A stretch of 59,174 bases of DNA, filler included, from Porpidia crustulata (lineage: Eukaryota), in NCBI GenBank assembly GCA_964255105.1. It is 4 parts of 4 records of this genome, joined end to end, with 100 filler letters (N's around TTAATTAATTAA, not from the genome) between each part and the next. Parts side by side here need not be neighbours in the genome. Positions count along the whole stretch, not along the records: positions 29,656 to 44,375 come from CAXUWE010000362.1; positions 44,476 to 59,174 come from CAXUWE010000363.1; 2 more parts are not named here. One strand, given 5' to 3'. The translations under genes and the position numbers were made by a program. Under the pieces are notes generated by a model, which saw nothing but the letters and a program-made list of their open reading frames with translations, had not been told where the DNA came from and ran no database searches. Of this stretch, positions 38,383 through 51,983 are shown piece after piece (within the stretch, counting starts at the first letter, position 1; every line of letters starts with the position of its first letter).

Positions 38383-39293
38383 GTATTCCCATGAGTTTCG
38401 GGAATGGGATCTCACTCGATTCGGGGATATAGAGTCATACGTCTGACCACGGCGTTTTCAGAGAAAGATGATACCCATGGGATTTGATGCTTAGCTGGGA
38501 TGGCTACTTGGCGTATCGTGACTTCAAGAGCATCCACATTGACCACCAGGAATCAGCATCAGCGCTGAAAGCCATCAAGAACAGCTCCCGTAGATGCTTA
38601 ACTATGTATCTGGCACAAACCATGACTTGGTTCCACGTTTTTCCAGCTCGAAGAAGACTTTTACATGTGATGAGTGTCAAGTGATCCATGGACTCGCACC
38701 ACTACTACTCATCTACCCAATTTTCCATCTCTCCTACCTATTCGCACCCACACCCCCTCTCTCTCCTTCTCTCCTTCTCCTCTCCCTTTCCCAACCCATT
38801 CGACAGAACTCACCAAACTCGCGGCTATCTACAATTTCGCCCTATTGCCCTATATCACAAAGTATGCACCCTTTCAAAGTCCAGGACAGCTAGCTCACCG
38901 TGTTGTTGATTATTCGTTGGCATCTCTCAACCCTTTTCCTAGATCTCATAGGGTTTGATAGAGTGTTTTTTAATTTGATTGGTTTGGCTTTTGCTGGTGC
39001 TGGAGTCAGTTGATTGGGATGCTGATAGATAGCTTGGGTCTAACTGTCAAGGTGTGAGTGAATGGCACGACTAGGGGTTAGATTGCAATAATCCAAGAGT
39101 GTTATCACTCAATGGTGTACGGTGATGAAGATGGAAATATGATATTGATAATAAGGTATATCGCCATCCTACACTAATCCACCCAATGCCAAACGATGTA
39201 TGACCCTCCTTAACTCAAGCTAGCCAATATTCCACCCACCTCTTCCATACCATACACTGAACGCCATTTGCTATAAAAACAACCTCCGCAAAA

Positions 39294-42200
39294 TCAAGCG
39301 AGCCACTCCGGATCCGCATCCTCATCTTCCGGGTCCTGCGAGAGCAGAGAACCAGGGTCTGAAGATGGACTTCCGGGCTCTATCTCCATACCGGCTGCCT
39401 GCGGTACTGGCGATGGAATCTCCTCCCGATCAGCGACAAGAGCCTCCAGTGGTTCCTCGCGAGGCATGTTAGCCAGGGACTGGGCAGGGTCTTCTAGAAC
39501 AGTGTTTGTAGGCGGACTTTCATACCGTTGTTGAAGCATAGTTGCCTCGGCTAGATCTTCGGCTGCTAGGCCCAGGGGGCTGGTGTGGATGAGAGCGGTG
39601 AGTTGAGGTTCTTCTGTCTGTGGAATCGGATTTTGGGAGGGCTCCTCCGCAGGTAGTGGAGGTACAGCTTGTTGCTCGGGTCCTTCTTTGGCTGAGTTGG
39701 GCAGAAGGCCGCCGGCTTGAAGAGGAGACCAGGCTTGCACAGGCGTCCCATCGGTGTCGTTTGCCATTTGTATATCATGGTCGGGCAGGAATCCACCACC
39801 TTCTTCCCACTGATCACCTCCAGAATCGCGAGACTTGAACGGATCTGCAGGCTCTGCGGGCTCTGTCCCGCGCAGTGCCTCCTCGGCATCTTCATCGATA
39901 TCATAGGCATAGAAGCCACCGCGGTCATCATCTTCGATGTTGTCTATGAATTGGTCTGCAGCGTGAGGATGCTCGTTGCTAATTCCTTTGTTCTGATCAT
40001 CGGCATCTTCATCTTCCATGAATCCACCACCATATCCTCCATCGTCTTCCACAAGCTCGCCGCTTTGGCCTCCTTCCGGAATAGATGCCCTGTAGGTAGA
40101 TATCCGGCCAGCAGCAGGTTCCGCAACGCCTTCCACATCTCGATCAGGCAAAAACCCACCTCCTTCATTACCATCGTCTTCCTCGGCTGCAGCCTTGTCC
40201 ATGTTTTCTCTAAGAGCATCACGCTCTCCTTCAATCTCATATCCTTCGATTCTCTCCCTGATTCTCAGCCCAGCTAACAGTCGTCGCCACATCCTTAATG
40301 CCTCGGCACTTCTCCTCGCCTCCTCAGCCTCATTACGTTCGTCTTCAAAAGCGTTTATCACTTCTAGTATTGCTTCGTAATACTCTGTAGCTACAATAGC
40401 ACCACTGATAACCGCGGTACCATGTCTACCTTTGAATGAGAAGCCAGTAACAGCATCGGCATAGTCAACGCCGAGAATCTTGGCCGCTCGTGCAGTCTCT
40501 GTGTGGCGTACATGAACTCCGCCTGCCGGAACCATGCTTGGAACGTAGATATCAAGGTTCCCATAAATATTCTTCTTTATGCGACCATTAGTGACAGGGG
40601 GAGCGCAGTACACAGAGGTCTGGAAATCAGCGTAAAGACCCGTTCCTGCATCGTCCTCATCCCCCGACATCTGATCTTCTTCAAATGCTGACTCTCTTTT
40701 CCGGCGAGCGGCAACTATTTTGAGCGGCTGTTGTCCTACCTTGATATCGCGCCCCAAGCGATACCATTTATCTCCACTCTTCAACTCGTGCACATCCCGG
40801 CGGCGATAAATTGGCTCAAGGATTTTTTCTCCACCAGATTTACCGGCTGCGACCTTTCCAACCTCCCGTTTGGGATGTAGTACCTGGTTTCTCCTCAGGT
40901 GCCTTTCTAGCGCGTAGTAGGGGTGATCCTTGAAGTCTTGAACGCTCTTAGGCATTCCCTCCTGGGCTTCCTTTTGTGAAAGTTGAGCGTCCTCTACTTG
41001 GTCTCGGTCGAGACTGTGATCTCTTCTATAAGCTTTCATCACTTTTCGCCACCACCTGTCGCCGCCTTCTGTGACTTCCACCCTCTCTTTTCGGGTTTTG
41101 GCGTTGTAAGCTTTGGCATACCGACGGGTGACATCCCGGGCAGATCCATCGTCTTCGAAGGCGATCACATAGCTGAGTTGATTCTCTGGATCGCTGGCTG
41201 GAGGCTCAAGTTTTGAAGGCCTGGAAATGGTCTTTGTGACTAGTGGGTCTGTTGTTATCCACTTCTGATTCGCCTCATCAAAGGCTTCGACCCAGTAGAT
41301 AGGATAGGGCGACTCGTTGATCCGTTTTGACTTGGGTCCTATTCATGTTAGTGAATAATCGATAAATGAATGCAGAAGACCATGCTAACTCGGTTTCAAT
41401 AGCACAGGCATATCCGGACCATGAGAGGTCGCAAAACGGTTCCTGCCGCCCCTAGAACCGACTACTCTCGGTATCGAAGTTGACGCATCACTCTTGGCAT
41501 CAATTCCACCCTCTTTACCACTAGTAGCACCTTCAATTTCTGGATCTGCAATAGCCATAAGTGGCACAGCCTTCTGCGACGCAATACCTTTTGTAACAGC
41601 AACGAAAGGCAAAGGCTGCAGTGAGCAGACCAACCGAGCTTCTACTCCGGCTGAGCGTAGGAGTGCACAGAAGAGCTGGGCACCAACATCTCGAGATGCA
41701 CTAAGATCGCTTGCGATTTCCCTAAAATCCGACTTCTGCAATAGGTAGTCTACGTCTTTAGGACTGGCCTAAAAGTCGAATCAGTAATGAAAACGATTTA
41801 CAGCTAGATGTACTAGAAAATGTACCGCTCCATACATTGGCCGGATCCTCAGGCCCAATGGCCCAGTACGATCTGCGCATGCCTCGAAGCGTAATCTTGA
41901 ATTTCTCTCCAAAGGCTTTCAGAACCTGTGCTAGGCCATTTGCAAACGAGCGTGATCGCTCGAACTGGGACAGCTGAGTATCGGGATTCAAATACGAAAC
42001 CATTCGCTTGCTCAAAAGCTTACTGAGAACCTTCTATAAATACTCAGCTCGCGACCCGAATTGCCTTAAGTTGCCGCAAGCATACCTGGGTCTCTTCGTC
42101 ATTACACCAATGATTTCGTCGGTGTACATGCACCAGCAGGCAGAGTAGATGCATCATATGTCTTTCAAGCATATGTTTCTTCTCTTTAGCACTAGCGGGC

Positions 42201-42673
42201 TTTCGCCTTTGTGCAGGAGGTCCTCGATCTTCATGATCATTTGCAGCAAGCACTAAATCGAGCTCCTGGTCTTCTGAATTGTCGCCATTTACAGAGTTCT
42301 CTTTCGCAGTATCCTTAAGCTCAACCTCCTCCCAGTCTACGTCACTGTCTGCAGAGTCTTCAGACTCTGTGTGAAGCATCTGCTCTCTAAGTCTTCTAGA
42401 CTCGAGCATAGACCCTTCATGATTGGTGATGTTCCCGTCAGTTGACGCTTGATCGGAATGATAAAGCGCTGTATCCTCGGGGCCTTGTTTTACAACACGG
42501 CCTCCGATCCTGCGCCTCTTGACAGGCAACTCTTCATCATTAAACTTAGTAGTTGTAGATGAGGTAGCATCTGCTAGCATTTCCTGGTAAACCTCAGGTA
42601 CTACATTTTCACCCCCACGAGTCCGAGGAGCTCTTGATCCACGCCCTTTCCTGTCAGCTCTCGCTCGAGCCAT
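39294..42673 (-). CDS. RAD4: Rad4/XPC nucleotide-excision-repair damage sensor, multi-exon
   Basis: HLLCLLVHVHRRNHWCND, SRDVGAQLFCALLRSAGVEARLVCSLQP, YPIYWVEAF, ARDVTRRY, FKDHPYYALERHL, KNIYGNLDIY and DAVTGFSF motifs. Confidence 0.95.
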
Positions 42674-42934
42674 GTTCACTTGTGGAATGAGATATTCTCA
42701 GCACGGCAGGGCGAAATGATGAGGAAAGCATGGGACCAAACGAATTTTGAATTTTCGATTCATTCTCAGCATAATTCCAGAAGGAATTTTACAACAGATA
42801 TCCTGACGAACTGTGCTGGGTAAGACCAGTCATGGATTGAATCCAATGTTGGGATACCACTGGTCAATCTTGACAGGCGGTGTTCCATTCATGGATTGTA
42901 ACGTGACCGGACTAAAGTATGGACGCCAAGCACA

Positions 42935-42965
42935 TGACGTCGCGTAGAGTCGCGTCAGCGCGTCA
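42935..42965. promoter_or_regulatory. Cluster of three CGCGT (MCB-like) sites plus a TGACGT (CRE-like) site in the RAD4 divergent promoter
   Basis: Sequence tgacgtcgcgtagagtcgcgtcagcgcgtca. Function is inferred from the yeast MBF and ATF/CREB consensus motifs. Confidence 0.5.
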
Positions 42966-43172
42966 TCTGTGATTTTCGGTGTTATGCGGGGATAGAGTAA
43001 ATTCATGAATCTTTGCGAGTACCAAGTAGGACAACACAACGTGCTACCTTTTATACCCAGGTATTTCCTACTCGTGCTCTTGACTGTCAAGCAAGTCAAT
43101 CTTTCTTCCTGGTTCGTCTTCAAGACCTACAACCACCGAGACCACTCTCAATACTCTCCAGCTCGTTCAGTC

Positions 43173-44375
43173 ATGTCTACACGATCGAACAAACGTCGGT
43201 TATCTGGACAGATGAACGGCAACATAGCACCCGATTACGAACAACGTATTTACAGCCCCACCACTCGAAACTTCAGACCTACGCCGGTGAGAAAGCCCAA
43301 TGTAAGAACAAGACAGCAAACCCTGACGCAGATGGCACCATTTCATGCCCTTTACCATCCTATCACAGATCCCGACCTCGCCTATGAAGAAGTTCTCAAT
43401 GATATTAAAGAAGATATGGAACCACCGGGCAAAAAGCGGCGGAAGACTATGCCAGCTCGTCAAGATAGCGAATTGGCTCAATTTGACTATTCTCCTGGTG
43501 GTCTACAAAAGCGAAATGAGAAAGAAGCACTCCTGAAGATGCACCGAGATCTTGTTGCAGAAGGATCGAATAATAAGAACAAAAGACGCAAAACCATGCC
43601 AAATGAGGCTACTGGCGCTGTTCAGACGAGGAGCATGAGCAGGCAAGCCCTGGAAAAACTACTTAAAGATGAACAGGCGGCAATGAGCGAATCTAGCAGT
43701 CCTAAAGCAATGACAATTGACACATCCGACGACACCATAGCTGCCATGGTGGCAGCGATGAGGGCACCACCAAAGACTCCAAAATCAACGCGTCGAAAGG
43801 AGGTACCTTCTTCGCAATCGCCCGTGGATACTCCATTATCTACCCAAAGTCGACGATCTCGACGTGAAATAACGAGGTCGCCGTTGAAGCAAAAGTCCAC
43901 AAATGCTGCTCCAGATATCTCAATGTATCTTAAGCCTCCAACAAAGCGCACTCCACAATTGCCTAGGCTAGTAGTCGCCGATAGCACGGATAGCTTTACG
44001 ACGTATAGTTCTGCTCTCACAGGAGCCGGCACAAAGAGGAAAGTATCGGATACAAACTTCGAAGATGCATCGTATCCAGCTCCTGCGTCCCAACGAGGCT
44101 CCGCTGATATGGATCATAATTCCATTCGTCTCTCACATGATCTAAGAAACCAGATTATCAACACAGGAAGCCAACCAGCTGAAATTATCAAGTCTGAAGT
44201 TCTGGACTCTGATCACGAAAAGTCTGACGATGATCAGCAAAACGACATCACGCCAGCTAATTACCATATCAACAATGACAATTACCAAGATCCTTCGTTC
44301 TCTTTCACCGAAAACATCACCAAACACCCCATCCCTCTTCCATCAAGAACACCAAGCGACCACCCTCCCCAGCAC
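43173..44375 (+). CDS. Hypothetical disordered, probably nuclear protein, 5' part (cut by spacer)
   Basis: Open frame of about 400 codons from MSTRSNKRR. Contains RQQTLTQM, KKRRKT and KRRKT NLS-like motifs, and EVPSSQSP. Confidence 0.7.
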
Positions 44376-44475
44376 NNNNNNNNNNNNNNNNNNNNNNNNN
44401 NNNNNNNNNNNNNNNNNNNTTAATTAATTAANNNNNNNNNNNNNNNNNNNNNNNNNNNNNNNNNNNNNNNNNNNN
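44376..44475. other. Artificial contig spacer
   Basis: 44 N + TTAATTAATTAA + 44 N. Confidence 0.97.
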
Positions 44476-45292
44476 CAGTCGGGGGGGGGGATTTCATGAT
44501 GGATGAGGCTGGTCTGGGAAGGATTCACAAAGGAAGATGCGCCAAGTCATCCTTTAGATCCTTACCTCCAAACAAAGAGTCGAGCCACATGATTACTGAA
44601 TAGGTTTCGCCATATGGATGAAACAAAAGCACGAACGTTTGTAGACGATCCTGCTGTCGGATTATAGGATCTTGATCGCGCATTAAAATTCCTAACCATC
44701 AGGCTTCTCGGAAAGACAGCGAACGGCATAGCGCAGCATCTGAAGCTGTCGCATGCAGCTCCGCGTGGTTGGATCATCGTCTTATTGGTGGGGGAAGGGC
44801 CTTAAGCGTGGGGGAAAGCGAAGGATTGGAGGATTATTGATAGATTAGAGTCACCTGCTGCTATTTAAGTTCCCGCCTGGAGAGGCTCAAAGACCGTCTA
44901 GAATTTCCCGTCGCTGACGAACGGGTCCTTACCTTACAATTGAGAATGTTGCATCTTCGATACTCCAGAGGGGTTGTGCCGATAATGGCAGGGAGCAACA
45001 TACAAAGGACATCACAAACGGCCAAGGATTTGATAGATGTCTGACCACATCTCTTAGCCTCCAAGTCTCTCGGGATGAGGCCTTCCAATCAAGAGCGCCA
45101 CTAATCACGAGTACCACCCACCACATTGGCGGCCAATCGAAGCCAAGCACAGGCCAAGGCCGCCAGAGGCATCGTCACAATGTGAGGCAGGGAAATTGAA
45201 GCCCTAGTATAATGCCGCCAAGTATGTAGAGGCCACATGGCCGTCATGCAAAGCACTTCCAGACTGTGTGACTATCAACCTAGCATACAGAT

Positions 45293-48016
45293 CTACCAAG
45301 AATTCTGACCATCCGCCACCTCGAATAAACCATTCTTCTTCTGCTCCATCGCCCATTTCTCGCACCATCCTTTCATCTTCTCGCGCGACTTGGCAGAACC
45401 CACGTTGACCGTCGGGATGATCTTGTCGATGCGGAGCGCGCAGCAGAACATCGTCAGCTCCCGAAAACTGCTGTGTTCGCTGTACGGCACCCCGAAGCAG
45501 TTCGCCTCGCGCGTGCTGCCTCGCTGCGGGACCAAGTCTGCCATCGAGTATCGCGACTTCCAATTGTCCGAGTGCAGCACCGTCTGAACCGCTGGCGAGT
45601 CGACAAAGCGGCTGTTTGGCGGTCGGTAGTTCCATCCCGACGGTCGGAAGCCGACGATGCGCGAGAAATGAGGCTTGTAGCCGGTCAGGTAGTCGGCTAG
45701 AGTCTCAGCTCGAATCTCCATTAACATCTGCATGTGGACCTGTGCCTCAAGTGGGTTGCTCGTCAAGCGGGCGTTCAGCTCAGGATCCTCCAACGCCGCG
45801 CATATCTTCTGCTTATTGGGCGCAGCATAGATTTTGCTGTTGAGCGCTTTTGCAACCCCTAAACAGATTCTCTCCTTTCCGATGCTGTAGGTTCCAACAA
45901 TGACAAGCAGACGCCCTCTGGCATTCCTTTGCGCTTGCTGAACAGCCTTCATCACGTCCGTGTCGTCTTCACCCATCTCCTCCTTCACTAGATCAGATTG
46001 ATTCCGGACAAACCGGACCATTCCGCTGCCAGCTCTCTCCTTCTTGGTCTGCTCCCAGCCATCATTTTCATCCACACGATCTTTGCTCAAGCTAACACAC
46101 ATATCGGCACAGGCCTTGATGACTTCATCTTGACTCGGGAAAGCATACTTTGGGGTGAGATAGGTTGTATCAAGATAGCAAACATCAAGCTTCTGCTGCC
46201 CAATAATCTTCCCGGTCACAGCATCGACAATTTCGGGTCGAAGCAAAGGGTGTTGCACATGGGCAGGACATGCACGGAAATCGCCGCAGTGCAAGATCCG
46301 GTTGATTTTGGGATTCTTACCTTTGCCAATAATCTTCTCAAAGAGATAAAGAGAGCTGCCCGGGCAGTGGTTTGCTGGAATCATGGTCACCTCGACCCCC
46401 TGAGTCCCCGGTACCTCAATCTTCTGGTTAAATTCGAGGTCGACTACCCATCTTGGATCAACGCGGAGTTGTCGTCTTACTAGGTTTGCTGTCACATGGC
46501 TACAGTAGATGGGACCATGAGTCCACGATGATGTCAGACCAATGTAATGGTCACTGTGAAAGTGGCTCAAGAAGTAGGCCCGGCAACCCTCGACTGCACC
46601 ATATCGGAAAGCATCGACGCAAATGTAGAGACCCGGTAGTATCTTGTAGAACGGGCAGGTTCGCTGGTAGGCAGGTTTACCACGCGATGCGTTCTCTGTG
46701 GCCGCAGCTGTCGCCCATGCTTCGTCTTCAGCGTGCGAAGACATGAGTTTCGAAAATGCGGATGACCCGTGCGTGGCGTTAGATTTCAACGAGATAGGAT
46801 TTTCTTGCCCGGGCTTTGCGATAGCAGCTCGTTGGAAGCGTTTTGGACCGTAGACTCCTTCCTCCGATTTCATGAGTAGAGGTGATGGTACTTCATCAAC
46901 GGGTCTTTTGAGGCTGGGGAGCGGTTTAACCTTACCATCAAGACAATCGTTGACGTGCATAGAGGCCTCCTGTAGAACAGTCAGACAACTTCAATTGAGT
47001 GCCCGGCTTTTGCATACTTGGCCTGTCAAACCAGCAAAACTACCAGAGCATATTGGGCATACATCTGCTTGCAAGTCTTGCACTTTTCCTTTCGCGCCCA
47101 TGTCTGGTGTATCATCCTGGATTAGACTTTCATCGTCCTCTAAACCCGTTTCAAGGTCCCTTTGCTCTTCCATCCACTGTCGTTCCAAGAACTCCTCGCC
47201 CCCTTCAGGGAACTCATCATCGATGAAATCTTCTATCCCATCAAATTCGTCCTTTTCGACAACGCTTGTGTTCTCTCGCCGAAGTGGTGGTACGAGTGGC
47301 GATTCCTCAGATTCCATCTCCTCCTTTGGTGATTCCTCGTCTACCACCGTGTCATACGTTGTGGAGGATATATTTTCCCACTCCTTGATTCTAGCTTTTG
47401 TGCTTTTCACCGGATCCTTTGCAATTTCGCCTTCGCTATCCGAATCCTCAAAGAAAGGACCGCTCTTTGACCTAGCTTTATCCTTGCTACAAGGTGATGA
47501 AGGTATTTGAATGGGGCTCCCTATGCGTCTCCGCTTCGCAGGCTCAGAGTCCTCATTGAAACGTCGATCTGCGTGGTTCGTGGAAGCAAAAGCATGCCTA
47601 TCGGATGGATTCGTTGGGTGCTCGTCGTCTCGCGGTGGCGTTGGTGTTTGAATCAGCACCGTCGACTTTCCCTTTGTGGGGCTGTCTTCGAGAAAAAGAC
47701 TCTCCTCCTCCTCCTCCTTGGAGCTCCAGTCAGTTGACGGACTAGGATCCGACTTCTTGAAGAAATTCAATATGCTCCCGTTGGACCCTCCCTTCGATTT
47801 ACCACCGATTGTAGGATTGTGGCGACTCGATCTCGGAATCATCTTGCTCTTATTTCTCAAAGGTGTCGTAGAGCTTGCCATCGTAGCCATCGAGGTAATC
47901 CTTTGCAACTTTGGGGGCCCTGAAGATAAGGGAGGCGTAGGAGGACGACCAATGGATGGTGTGAAAGGCACCTCGATTGCGGCTTGAGTTACGACATCTC
48001 CGGGTTTGCGAAACAT
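45293..48016 (-). CDS. PSO2: PSO2/SNM1 interstrand-crosslink-repair nuclease (MBL/beta-CASP)
   Basis: VDAFRYG, FLSHFHSDHYIGL, ANHCPGS, LHCGDFR, YLDTTY, VPYSEHSSF and IIPTVN motifs. UBZ finger CPIC...HVNDCLD is split by an intron near 46970-47020. Confidence 0.96.
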
Positions 48017-49412
48017 AGCTTACGATCTAGGATTGCTGTGACCGTTGAATACCCAGCCAAGGACATCCTTCTGATGCTTGCAACGATTATTTGTTGCTCT
48101 ATGCCACTCCACAGCTTAATCGATTTAATTGATGATCTCGGATCGCGCGTACACGTGATCAGGTGCGTAATGGGTTTCGTCGCGTCCTAAATATCATGTC
48201 CTACACATACTAGTTATACCCCAGATTCAGAGAGCATTAATTCAGTCACAAGGTTAGGATCAAGGTGTGCGAAGCTATGATTCATCCTAGGGTTCTCGTG
48301 AGCCCAGCACGATCTCCGTTTCCAATAAGGTGTCTTGGCTGCAAGTCCTACACAAAGGTCCCACTGGAAGAGCACCAACCCACTGTAGTGCTAACATTCT
48401 ACCAAACGACTTCCGTCTTTCTGTGAATACTGTGGTGGAATAGTTGCCCGAGGACTATATCAGGCACAATTTAACCATTTCATCTCCATCTCGTGCTTCT
48501 GTGAGCATGGTCGTCGACTCTGTCTCCTCATCGATAGTCCTAAAATCTTTCCATCTCAATCTTGCCTGTCATCGGGGTTTCGACGCTTGTTGTGCTGCTT
48601 CTAGATTTGAAACATAATTAGCCATGGTAGTCCAAGTCCGTCAGACACATTTTACATACCTCTCCTTGTGGCATCCTCCAATAATGCTGTATCTACCGCA
48701 GCGCCTGGCAAGTGAACGTAGCGCACTACACTTCCCCGAATAAAGACATTTTTAACCGACGACTGTTCGTTTGGTTAAGCCCGCTCCTTGCACTATGTAA
48801 TTCCATACTCCCCTCCCTCTATCCTTACCAGGACCAAAAATTATATGAGGCTTACCAAATGTGGGTATTTGAGCTCCTCCACTACCTGTATATCATCCAG
48901 CTTGATGTTTAGGAATTGATCCACGGACTTCAGGGTGCCGTTTATCGAGATGTCGTTTTTGAGCTCAACAGTGATTTCGTGATCCACCAAAGTTTTGAAG
49001 AAGCTGTAGAAACATCAGCGAATGAGTCAGAAGCCCCAACTGTATCAGGCATACCTGAAGAACAGCATCGTGGGTGGTCAGTCTAATGTGGGGCGGAACT
49101 ACAGTTGTGGAAAGGTAACGAAATGCAATTCGGTCGCCGTAGTGTAGCCCAGCCCTACACTAACCACTAAGTAACAGGGATGCCACGATACTTGATAAAG
49201 CTGCTTCCAAAGACTGTTCATGTACCAAAGTATGAAACCCTAGGGGCTTGAATATGTGACTTTGGAGGTTTGTGGGCGCTCTATTCTGTAAGATTACAGC
49301 ATATGACGATTGTAGGATTGTTTGGGTGGTTTACCAATATTTTAGGAATCTTGTGTACTACTACAAGAGGTTCGAAACGGACATCGCGGCACTGCAATAA
49401 ATGCGCGAGGTC

Positions 49413-50544
49413 CTAGTCAGCTACGCTTTCTCCTACATCTACTCCGTTGCCAGCAGACTGATTTTGTGTTATCTTGACTGGCAAATCCTGGGCCGCGTCT
49501 GACGCTGTCGCATTTTCCGACTTCTCAGTACCTTCACTGTCATCCACAGACTGCTCTGTACCGTACCCTACTTTCCCCTGTTGTGGCTCTGCCTTCAGAT
49601 CATCATCTTTCATTGCTACAGTTTTCTCCGCCTCATGATTCTTTCCTTTAGATTCTTCTGGTACAATTTCTTTTGTCTCTGAGTCGTGAATCCCACTGTC
49701 ACCGGGTGAGCCGTCAGTCGGCGTAGTCGGCTTGCCAGTAGTTGCGCAGGCGGCTTGAGGTGGGCCAGATGTAGTCGCTGTGATCGTGTCTGCCTTCGAT
49801 TTCACATTGCTGTCGCCAGTTACTGTGGCCTTAGCCGAGCTGGCCTCTGTCACACCTGATGGAGGTGGCATCCCCGTCGGTGTGGAATTATCAAGCTTCT
49901 GTAGTGGTTCTGATGAAGTATTAGACCGTTCAGAGCCTCTGATTTTGGCCGAAATCTTAGCATCATTAGTCTTTTTGGCATCACCGGCCTTCTTTGCTGC
50001 TTCAAAACCAGCTTGGCGCATAGCTAGTGTGAGTGGACTGTCTGTTGTAGAGGATGGCGGATGGCGGGGTGGAGTATCGGCCGACACCGAGGCTTTTGAT
50101 GGTGTAGAGAAGGGCGTGGAAGCAGTCATTGGGGCCTTGGACGGAGTGTTCGAAGTCGAGGGGGTCGGGGTTGAGGGTGCACCCGGTGTAGGACCAATCT
50201 TTTCCTTGAGCTCGCCATACTCGTTCCACTCCTCTACTTCCTCAAGGTCCTGCTCCAGAAGTTAGCAGTACTTCAATATTTTATAGAATCCGCGGACATA
50301 CTCCGACGACTAAGCCCATCTGCACGAGCCCTGGTAGCTTCCTTTTCCCCGCCCTTCGACCCCATAACATACGAGCTCTCTCATCAGTCGCAACATCTAG
50401 GGCTAGGAAGGGAATTTTGTTGGCTTTAAGTATAGTCTCCAGACGCGATGTAGCTGTAATGATGTGCGATGAACCAGAAGTCAGTGATGTATAGAGGTAA
50501 AGATTCGGATCCGTCTGGTAGGATTTGGGAGTTGAGTCCGCCAT
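49413..50544 (-). CDS. SH3BGR/glutaredoxin-like N-terminal domain protein with disordered tail
   Basis: LYLYTSLTSGSSHIITATSRLETILKANKIPF..LDVATDE...KLPGLV, then DLEEVEEWNEYGEL after intron 50301-50250. Confidence 0.75.
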
Positions 50545-51103
50545 GGTGACGGCGGAGAGGTGTGACGTTTAAACAACGGAAGCCAGCAATTCCGCCCACA
50601 AGCATTCAGAGGGGACTTTCTAACTGGGCAAAATTTGCATTGTGTTTCGAACGGAATAGCTAGATCTACATGAAAAGTTACTAAGTTTATTCCCTGGGAG
50701 AGTATTCTGTCATCATTTGTCTCATGACATGAGACTGACAAAGATACCATCGACGAAGTGCTTCTCCTTACAAATATTTTGTCACATCAGCATATTCCTA
50801 GTTATTTGTGCTGATGAGCACAGTCCAAACTTTCATCCGTAAATGATAGTTGTGAATAGTAATTGTGAATCCAATCGGTAAGATATCTTTGATATCAGCT
50901 AGCTGTTCAGAGGAAGCTCTACAATCATTGTAGGCATGCATCTGGTCGCGTGTGCCAAAACATGACGTGGCAATTAATGCATGAGGAATTACCGGCCTTC
51001 GTTACGCCCATGTCCCTTCGGCAGTCTTTGTTACTATGAGACCAGACTCTATTGCTGCAGCTATTCGTTACAATCAAATTGAACCATGACCGTCTATGCG
51101 TAA

Positions 51104-51983
51104 TTACAGGTTAGGTTGTCGTCTCTTCTCGACAGCTTCCCTTAAGACTGCGATAACAGCTGCAGGATCTTTAGCACCAAAGACAGCGGAGCCTGCCACT
51201 ATGACATTGGCGCCTGCTTCAGCGGCTTGATCAATAGTTCCCTCGCCGAGTCCACCATCGACCTCAATATTTAGATTGGGATATCGATCACGGAGCGCTT
51301 TTACTTTTGGTAATTCTGAGGCCATGAACTTCTGACCTCCAAATCCAGGATGGACGGTCATCACAAGAACCATCTATGACTAATTAGCTTCCCCCCTTGG
51401 GACGACAGCGTTTGACATACATCTGGTACTTCTGTCTTGTTCCCATTATCTAGTATCTCCCATAGAACATCGACTGGGGTGTCTGGCTTTATAGCGATGC
51501 CCGCGAGCATACCATGGCTATGCACAAAGCGAACTAAATCTTTTGGGCTTGTTTTGCTCTCGATATGATCGGCAGGGTTTTCGGCGGCTGTAGATGCCAC
51601 GGCAGCTTCGTAATGAAAGCAGTAAAGGTCGCAGCCAGCGTTCTTGAAATATTTCACCCATTTCTTAGGCTAATCGTACAAACTGTACATCAGCCGAAGT
51701 GAGCAATGATAAGGGTAGTAGCGCTGTACAACGTACCTACCTCGGCAATCATCATATGGCAATCGAAGGTGCCTTGCCCGCAAGCGGCCTGCGGGCGTTG
51801 GACATGCTGGCGTATCTTGCTCACGACCGGGGCTCCAAAGGTCATGTTTGGCACAAAGTGACCGTCCATCACGTCGACATGAAGCCAGTCCGCCCCATTA
51901 TTGATAGTGTCCGAGCATGCGGCGCCTAGAGCAGCAAAATCGGCGGACAGAATTGAAGGGGCAATGATGGCTTGAGGAGACAT
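51104..51983 (-). CDS. RPE1: Ribulose-phosphate 3-epimerase
   Basis: [53 protein letters not shown] and IEVDGG motifs; two introns. Confidence 0.97.

Noticed and set aside
38484..38958. Short ORFs and a CT-rich tract between SAF4 and RAD4
   Set aside because: Low-complexity sequence between convergent 3' ends with no credible protein.
7240..48016. Apparent UV/DNA-repair plus photoreceptor gene cluster (Pol eta, ligase, WC-1, RAD4, PSO2)
   Set aside because: The genes lie on four pieces separated by artificial spacers. Only ligase and wc-1 are physically linked.
48712..49086. Protein-like plus-strand stretch with possible splice signals
   Set aside because: I could not assemble a stop-free spliced frame or recognise a family.
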